Shown here one piece after another: positions 56,932-64,000 of a stretch of 64,000 nt of DNA. Source of the stretch: an uncultured virus (IMG/VR IMGVR_UViG_3300044796_000596) (Duplodnaviria; Heunggongvirae; Uroviricota; Caudoviricetes); IMG/VR virus record IMGVR_UViG_3300044796_000596; one strand, 5' to 3'. Position 1 is the stretch's first letter, and each line of letters opens with the position of its first letter. Position numbers and translations under genes: made by a program. The notes under the pieces are model-generated. The model had not been told where the DNA came from. It saw nothing but the letters and a program-made list of their open reading frames with translations, and made no database searches.

Positions 56932-58044
56932 ATGGCATCGCTCAAGGGAATTACGGCCATTCTCGTCGCGCCTCCGAGCGAACCTGCGCCCGCACCGTCG
57001 AAGCGGTGCCGGCTCAAGACGGCGACGACGGACGCTGGAGATCCGGTCATGCCGGACCTCGCGAGCTACGACTTTGTGATCGTCGCCTTCTCGGGCGGCA
57101 AAGACTCGCTCGCGTGCCTCCTGCACCTGCTCGACCTCGGCGTTCCGCGCGCGAAGATCGAACTCTGGCACTACGACGTGGACGGGCGCGAGGGGTCGAA
57201 CCTCTTCGACTGGCCGTGCACGCGCGACTACTGCCGGAAGTTCGCCGCCGCGTTCGGGGTGCCCATCCGCTTCGGGTGGAAGGTCGGCGGCATCGAGGGC
57301 GAGATGAACCGGGACGATGCCCCGACAAAGCCCACCCGCTTCGAGACGCCCGAAGGCGCGATCGTCGAGATCGGCGGCGATGGACCGCCTGGAACCAGGC
57401 TCAAGTACCCTCAGCCGGCCGCGGACCTCACCGTCCGCTGGTGCTCGGCGTACGCGAAGATCGACATCGCTTCCAAGATGGTGACGAACCAGGACCGCTT
57501 CCTCGGCAAGCGCACGCTCATCGTCACGGGGGAGCGCGCGCAGGAGTCCGCGAACCGCGCGAAGTACGAGCCCTTCGAGCCCGATCGCGCCGACCGACGC
57601 GAGGGTAAGCGTGCGCGCCGGCACGTCGACCACTGGCTTCCGGTGCACGGCTGGTCGGAGCACGACGTCTGGAACCTCATCGAGAAGCACCGGGTGAATC
57701 CGCACCCGGCGTACCGTCTCGGCTGGTCGCGCGTCTCGTGCGCGGCGTGCATCTTCGGCGACGAGCACCAGTGGGCGAGCCTCCGGTGGGTGAACCCACG
57801 GCAGTTCAAGCAGCATGAGGCGTACGAGGCGCGCTTTGGCCGATCGATCAAGCGCCCCGTGCACCGGAAGCGCGACAACCGGCACCTCACCGTGCTCGCG
57901 TCGTGGGCCGACGTCGGGACGCCCTACGAGATGGAGACCGCGGACATCGGCGCGGCCATGTCGCACACGTTCGACGAGCCGATCATCGTCGAGACGTGGA
58001 CGCTCCCGCGCGGCGCCTACGGGCACTCGTGCGGCCCGACGTGA
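56932..58044 (+). CDS. PAPS-reductase-family PP-loop protein (paralog of 53051-54367)
   Basis: VAFSGGKDS, RWCSAYAK, GERAQES, RVSCAAC; ends GPT like its paralog. Confidence 0.85.
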   Translation: MASLKGITAILVAPPSEPAPAPSKRCRLKTATTDAGDPVMPDLASYDFVIVAFSGGKDSLACLLHLLDLGVPRAKIELWHYDVDGREGSNLFDWPCTRDYCRKFAAAFGVPIRFGWKVGGIEGEMNRDDAPTKPTRFETPEGAIVEIGGDGPPGTRLKYPQPAADLTVRWCSAYAKIDIASKMVTNQDRFLGKRTLIVTGERAQESANRAKYEPFEPDRADRREGKRARRHVDHWLPVHGWSEHDVWNLIEKHRVNPHPAYRLGWSRVSCAACIFGDEHQWASLRWVNPRQFKQHEAYEARFGRSIKRPVHRKRDNRHLTVLASWADVGTPYEMETADIGAAMSHTFDEPIIVETWTLPRGAYGHSCGPT

Positions 58045-58073
58045 CCGATGTCTGATGTGATAGGATCCGGTCC

Positions 58074-58475
58074 ATGGCCAGGCCGACCAAGCCCACGTCC
58101 ACCTGCTCAAGGTGCGGGAAGGACATTCGCGGCGAGCCCGTGACGTTCACCGTGGACGGCAGGACGCTCCACTACCATCCGGCCCACGCGCCCACGGTGG
58201 CTCCGGGGAAAGAGACCGAGCTCGACCGGCTCGTTCAAATGTCGAACAGGCTCGGTCGTGCGCGCTTCCTCGTCGTCATTCACGCCCGCGGTAAGGATCG
58301 CATCGGGACGATCGATCCATCGTTGGATGGAGCGCGGGCGTGGGCCGAGCGCGAAGTCGCGGAGGGCTACGCCGACACCGCGTTCATCGTCGACAAGGAC
58401 CTGCGCCAAGGCGCCCGCGGCGTCGTCTGGCGGTCGGAACCCGCGACCATGAGCGAGACGTTAGAGCCCGGCTAG
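58074..58475 (+). CDS. CxxC-YHPxH-tagged hypothetical protein
   Basis: CSRCGKDIRGEPVTFTVDGRTLHYHPAHAP. Confidence 0.7.
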   Translation: MARPTKPTSTCSRCGKDIRGEPVTFTVDGRTLHYHPAHAPTVAPGKETELDRLVQMSNRLGRARFLVVIHARGKDRIGTIDPSLDGARAWAEREVAEGYADTAFIVDKDLRQGARGVVWRSEPATMSETLEPG

Positions 58476-59155
58476 CGCATCCGCTTCGGGCGCTCGTCGA
58501 TGATCCACGCCGGGACGTGCGTCACGCCGTTCTCACGCCAGAAGTGCACGCGGTGGTTGCCGTCCCACAGTTCGACCTTTCCGGTCTTGTCGATGTGGAC
58601 CTCGGGCACCGGGAAGCCGCCCCGCCGCATCGAGAACTCGCTCCAGTCGTACCCACCGCCCTCTTGCTCATGGACCTCGGTGCTCTCACACGAGGGGCAT
58701 GTCCGCGGTCCGAACCGCCTGCCCTTGAGGAAGGCAGCCTCCTCGTCGAGGTGCCCGCAATCCGCGCACTCGAAGAGCTTCTCGTCTTCCTCAGCGAGTT
58801 TTTCGTCGAGGTACTCGATCGGCACGTAGCCCTCGTAGATCGAAGCGCTCTTCGGGAGCCTGCTCCGTTCCTTCGCGTGGCGCGCGCGGACCTGCGCCTC
58901 GTCCACACGGGCCACGCCCGAGTCGTAAAGGTCCGTCTTGGCGAAGTCGTACTGCGGGAGCTTCGCGCCATCCCAGCTACGCGGCATCTTCTCAAGCGCG
59001 GCACGCCGGATCCGTTCGTCTACGGGACGCGCTGGCGTTGCGAGGGTGACCCCCGTCGGCGCGTGGCTCGGGTGGTAGTAGGCCGCCTCGCCGTGGACCT
59101 CGAAGGTGACGGGCACGCCGCGGATTGGACGCTGGCACTTCGCGCACGTGGGCAT
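58472..59155 (-). CDS. CxxC-YHPxH-tagged ParB/Srx-like protein with inserted Zn ribbon
   Basis: Tag; CADC...CPSC; LWDGNHR...GVTHVPA. Confidence 0.7.
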   Translation of the reverse strand: MPTCAKCQRPIRGVPVTFEVHGEAAYYHPSHAPTGVTLATPARPVDERIRRAALEKMPRSWDGAKLPQYDFAKTDLYDSGVARVDEAQVRARHAKERSRLPKSASIYEGYVPIEYLDEKLAEEDEKLFECADCGHLDEEAAFLKGRRFGPRTCPSCESTEVHEQEGGGYDWSEFSMRRGGFPVPEVHIDKTGKVELWDGNHRVHFWRENGVTHVPAWIIDERPKRMR

Positions 59156-59534
59156 GCGCCCGATCGTACCATCGGATCTGCCCGTGGGAAGTTCCTAAAG
59201 CGCGGCGCGCTTCGCGTCCCAAGCGATGCTCGTGCTCGACGTCGACCTTGAAGTGATCGCCGAGTAACCTCAGCCACGGAGCCAGATCCGCGCCTTGGTA
59301 GCCGCCGTCGAACGCCGCCATCTCGACCTGACCTGCGGGGTCCGTCGCTTCGATCAACTCCGTGCGCACGAGGATCTCCAGTTCGCCGAGCGCAACCTGG
59401 ACTTCTTTCTCGTGCGAAAGGAGCCTGGCGCGCGCGGGCGCGTGCCCCGGGTGGTAGTGCGTGAGCTTGCCGTGGACCTCAAAGGTGACGGGCACGCCGC
59501 GGATTGGATGCTGGCACTTCGCGCACGTGGGCAT
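58992..59534 (-). CDS. CxxC-YHPxH-tagged hypothetical protein (3' end overlaps the next gene, possibly degenerate)
   Basis: MPTCAKCQHPIRGVPVTFEVHGKLTHYHPGHAP. Confidence 0.55.
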   Translation of the reverse strand: MPTCAKCQHPIRGVPVTFEVHGKLTHYHPGHAPARARLLSHEKEVQVALGELEILVRTELIEATDPAGQVEMAAFDGGYQGADLAPWLRLLGDHFKVDVEHEHRLGREARRALGTSHGQIRWYDRAHAHVREVPASNPRRARHLRGPRRGGLLPPEPRADGGHPRNASASRRRTDPACRA

Positions 59535-59562
59535 GCGCCCGATCGTACGATACGATCGGCCC

Positions 59563-60764
<1,202 letters not shown>

Positions 60765-60768
<4 letters not shown>

Positions 60769-61307
60769 GGACCGTGAGGACGCTGACGCAGACCAGCCTC
60801 CATCCCTCGGGCAATTGCTTCCAGACGTCGATCGCGTGCCTGCTGGAGATCGAGCCCGAGGCGATGCCGCCGCAGGTCGACTACGACAAGAGGGCCGAGA
60901 ACGCGCACGGCGTGACCGTCTTCGGCCCGTTGTACCTGAGCGTTCTCGGCCCGTACCTGCGCAAGCACCACGGGCTCGCCTATGTCGAGATGCACACGCC
61001 CGCGGAGCTGACGCCCATGCTGCGCATCGCGCCGCCTGGCTGGCACCTGCTCACGGGGGAGACGGTGCGCAGCGAGGCGTACGGAGGCGAGCGCCACGTC
61101 GTCGTCGGGCGCTACGGCGAGTGCGTATGGGACCCGCACCCGAGCCGCGCGGGGCTCCTCAGGAACATCAACTGGGCCTTCCTCGTCCCGTTCCCGAAGG
61201 CGTGGGTCGCCTACTGGGATCAGCGCAACGACCCTTGCGTGTGCCCTGCTTGCGTCACGGCGGGGCTCACGGCGGGACTCACGGCGGGGCTCACGGCGGG
61301 AGCATGA
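60765..61307 (+). CDS. papain-fold (C39-like) peptidase
   Basis: Q...GNCFQTSIACLL, HVVV, WDPHPS. Confidence 0.55.
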
Positions 61308-61866
61308 GGCGCGCGAGCGCGGGAGCGAGGGTGTCGCCGCTCGTCCCGGAGAGGTCCTGAAAGCTCCCGCCGCACTTCGTGGCGATCTCCGTCATGAACG
61401 TCTTTGCCGCGCGATCGTTGTGGTCCCCGACGAAGATCGTCTCGAGGACGCCCGGAAGGCTCCTGGCTTCGTGGAGGGCGGCCGCCTGGCTCTCCGGCTC
61501 GCCGTCGCTGATCAGCACCGTGCGCGCCGGCTTCTTCGTGGCGGCCAGCCGGATCGCGAGGTGGAGATCCGTCCCTCCACAGGGCGGCGGAATCCGTGCA
61601 CCCTCTCGGATCTCGGTGACGCTCGAGGAGAACGCGATGATGCACACGTTCGCTTGGCCGCGGTACGGCTTCACCGCCTCGCACATCGCGTCGTACCGCG
61701 ACTTCAAGGGCTGGCCTGGTGCGGGATTCCCAGCGGCATATTCCATCGACCCGGACGTGTCGATGAGCACCACGACTCCTTGGCCCCCGGTGAGGAGTCG
61801 ATCGAAGAGTTCGTCCGAAGCGTCGTCGAGCGACTCCATGTCGAAGATGACGAGGTCCGTGGACAT
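61291..61866 (-). CDS. von Willebrand factor A domain protein
   Basis: MIDAS DTSGS, GGT, ISDGEP. Confidence 0.85.
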   Translation of the reverse strand: MSTDLVIFDMESLDDASDELFDRLLTGGQGVVVLIDTSGSMEYAAGNPAPGQPLKSRYDAMCEAVKPYRGQANVCIIAFSSSVTEIREGARIPPPCGGTDLHLAIRLAATKKPARTVLISDGEPESQAAALHEARSLPGVLETIFVGDHNDRAAKTFMTEIATKCGGSFQDLSGTSGDTLAPALARLMLPP

Positions 61867-61903
61867 ACGAGGGCTCCTTGTCGCAGTCGTTTCAGTAGTC
61901 GTT

Positions 61904-62653
61904 TCAGTAGTTGATCGCCATCACGGCGTAGGTGTCGAGCGAGTTCTTGGCGCCGGCCACGGCGACGCGGCCGTTGCCCGCTCCCTCGACTGCGACCGTG
62001 AGGCAGCATCCGTGCGGGCTTCCGTGGCTTGCGTGCGGGCCTCCCGTCGCCGCAGGCCGCGGCGCAAGCTGCTGCACGGAGAGGCGGGTCGCGTCCCGGA
62101 TCCAGTGCTCCACGTACACGACGTCCTCCTTGATCACCGCCGTGTAGCTCCGCGGCCAGAACGCAGGATCGTCCGTGTCCACGATCGCCTTCGAGGTCTT
62201 CGGAAACGCCTTCCAGTCGTTGCCGGCCCAGACCTTCCCCTCCGCGATCCGGAACGTCGTCGTGACCTCGATGACCGACCCATGGCCCCACTCGGGCGGC
62301 CGCACGAGCTCGTAACGGTTGGAAGGCCCCCCGACCTGCTGCACGATGTACGGGCCCTGATCCGCCGGCGTGCCGCCGAGCCCGACCGCAAGCGTCACGG
62401 GCAGGAACACGCGGTCGTTCACCTCGATGTCGACGTCGTCAGCGAGGAACGCCCCCGGAAACCGCCCCGTGATCTTGCCGGAGCCGCTCCCGTCGAAGGT
62501 CCCCATCGACGTCAGGACCGCGCGGCAGGGCGGCGGCGACCAGCGGGCGATCGCCAGCGCGAGCCCGACCAGGTGGTTCCAGAGCGCCTGGTAGTAGTTC
62601 ACCGTGTTGTTGGTCCGGAGGCTTGGCGGCGGAGGCGGGAGCGGGAGCGACAC
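61904..62653 (-). CDS. tail-fibre-like domain protein (paralog of the C-terminal half of 62718-63968)
   Basis: CRAVLT...DDV.I.VNDRVFL...QGPYIV...RP.EW...EG..W. Confidence 0.55.
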   Translation of the reverse strand: MSLPLPPPPPSLRTNNTVNYYQALWNHLVGLALAIARWSPPPCRAVLTSMGTFDGSGSGKITGRFPGAFLADDVDIEVNDRVFLPVTLAVGLGGTPADQGPYIVQQVGGPSNRYELVRPPEWGHGSVIEVTTTFRIAEGKVWAGNDWKAFPKTSKAIVDTDDPAFWPRSYTAVIKEDVVYVEHWIRDATRLSVQQLAPRPAATGGPHASHGSPHGCCLTVAVEGAGNGRVAVAGAKNSLDTYAVMAINY

Positions 62654-62669
62654 GAGGACCTCGACGAAG

Positions 62670-62724
62670 TTGATCCGAAATTGATCCGAAATTGATCCGA
62701 ACTTGATCAGAAATTGATCAGAAA
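62670..62724. repeat. 5 x 11-bp tandem repeat ttgatc(c/a)gaaa spanning a stop codon
   Basis: Read directly from the sequence. Confidence 0.9.
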
Positions 62725-63968
62725 TTGACCGCGACGACGGTGAAGGCGCTTCCTGTCGTGCCCGTGATGCGGACGGAGCTGAAGCCAGGCACGCCGGGCA
62801 CGACCTTGAGGACGAACGGATCGGCGTTGGTGCGAGCGGTCGCGCGTACGCGCGAGACGTCACGGATCCACCAGAGGGGCGCGGAGGCTGCGCCCTCGAT
62901 CACCTCGCCCGAGGAGATGCGCGGGAAGAAGCACGGGTCGTCGCGACCGATGAGAGGAAGACCGTTCCGCCGCGCGATCACGGAGGCGAGCGAGTCGCTC
63001 GGGAAGGCGCGCCATTCGCTTCCACCCCAACGTCTCCCTTCCGTGCCGATCGTGAAGATCGTCTCGTGGGCCACGGCCCCGTCCGTCCACTCCGACGGCC
63101 GCTCGAGGAGCACCCGCTCGTTCGGGCTCCCCTGGTTTGTGATCGCAATGACGACGTAGGGCCCCGCGATCGTCGCGTCGAGCGCCCGGTGGGCTCCCTG
63201 GAGATCGAGCACGCATGCCGGAAGGAAGAGCCGATCCCCGATGCCGAACGGCACGTCATCGGCGACCACGCTCCCATTCACGGAGAGGACGCCGTGCGAC
63301 GACGTGCACGGCGCCATCCGCGTGATTACGGCCCGGCAGGACGGCGCATGGCGATGAAGCTCCTCGACGAGCTTCAGGAGGTAGTGCCAGAGCACCGCCG
63401 CGCGGTTGGGTGCGTTCTGGCGCAAGCTCGCCGGGGGCAACGGCAACGCGCACGCGGGTCGCGCAGGCGGAGGCGGCGGCGGCGGAGGCGGCGGCGGCGG
63501 AGGCGGCGGCGGCGGAGGCGGCGGCGGCGCGTGCTGCGCGTGCGGGCTTTGGTGACCATGGTGACCCGGCGGCGCCTGGTTCTGCGTGCGGCCCCGTCGC
63601 GTCGCGCCCGCCGTTTGGGCTTGGGGAGTACCCGCGCCTGCACCTGCACCCGCGCTCGCACCTGCGCTCGCACCTGCGCTCGCGCCTGCATCCGCACCGG
63701 CCGCGCGGAGTCGCTCTTCCGCGACGGCGAGCCGCTCGTAGAAATGGGTGAGCCATTCGACGGCCTTGGTGGCGTTTGCGTAAACGGCGATCTCCTCGTC
63801 GCCAGCGCCGGTGTCCGGATGCTTGAGCACGCCGGCGCCGATGAGCTTCCGGCGGGCTCTCCGGACGGCCTCGGCGTTTCGCGCCTCCTCGGGCTGCATC
63901 TGGAGGATGACGCGCGCCTGACGTTCGGTGTCGAGAAAAGAGGGCCGGGCGGGTCGCGGCGGCGGCAT
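62718..63968 (-). CDS. J-domain-like + poly-Pro linker + tail-fibre-like domain protein
   Basis: A..IL...AVRRARRKL...KHPD (HPD motif); long poly-Pro run; C-terminal domain paralogous to the neighbouring gene. Confidence 0.6.
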   Translation of the reverse strand: MPPPRPARPSFLDTERQARVILQMQPEEARNAEAVRRARRKLIGAGVLKHPDTGAGDEEIAVYANATKAVEWLTHFYERLAVAEERLRAAGADAGASAGASAGASAGAGAGAGTPQAQTAGATRRGRTQNQAPPGHHGHQSPHAQHAPPPPPPPPPPPPPPPPPPPPPARPACALPLPPASLRQNAPNRAAVLWHYLLKLVEELHRHAPSCRAVITRMAPCTSSHGVLSVNGSVVADDVPFGIGDRLFLPACVLDLQGAHRALDATIAGPYVVIAITNQGSPNERVLLERPSEWTDGAVAHETIFTIGTEGRRWGGSEWRAFPSDSLASVIARRNGLPLIGRDDPCFFPRISSGEVIEGAASAPLWWIRDVSRVRATARTNADPFVLKVVPGVPGFSSVRITGTTGSAFTVVAVNF

Positions 63969-64000
63969 CGGAGGAGAGGGAGCCTAGCACGGGGGCCCGA

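Overview
This is a very GC-rich, gene-dense window that looks like part of a large phage or other extrachromosomal element rather than core chromosome. The host is possibly a myxobacterium-like organism, which is inference only. No rRNA, tRNA, CRISPR, capsid or terminase was recognised. Recognisable content: tail/fibre-like repeat proteins, lysozyme and CHAP hydrolases, two RpoD-like sigma factors with unusual fusions, a class II DAHP synthase, a Rep/DnaC-like/DnaB-N replication module, several zincin peptidases, two orphan antitoxins, and a candidate DNA-modification cluster (three PAPS-reductase/PP-loop proteins, a Dcm-GST fusion, a tandem kinase-like protein). Main discoveries: (1) a ~30-aa CxxC...YHPxHAP zinc-finger-like tag on 10 otherwise unrelated proteins (ART, GNAT, zincin and ParB-like effectors); (2) a second N-terminal tag, SL[KR]x[IL]TAxL, on four putative DNA-modification enzymes; (3) a 2.3-kb transposase-less element with 16-bp TIRs and a 9-bp TSD carrying an orphan methyltransferase; (4) a TAnnnT motif 5-10 nt before many start codons, suggesting leaderless transcripts; (5) pervasive short tandem repeats, in-frame in genes and often 11-bp between genes. 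All family assignments come from motif recognition by eye, not database searches.
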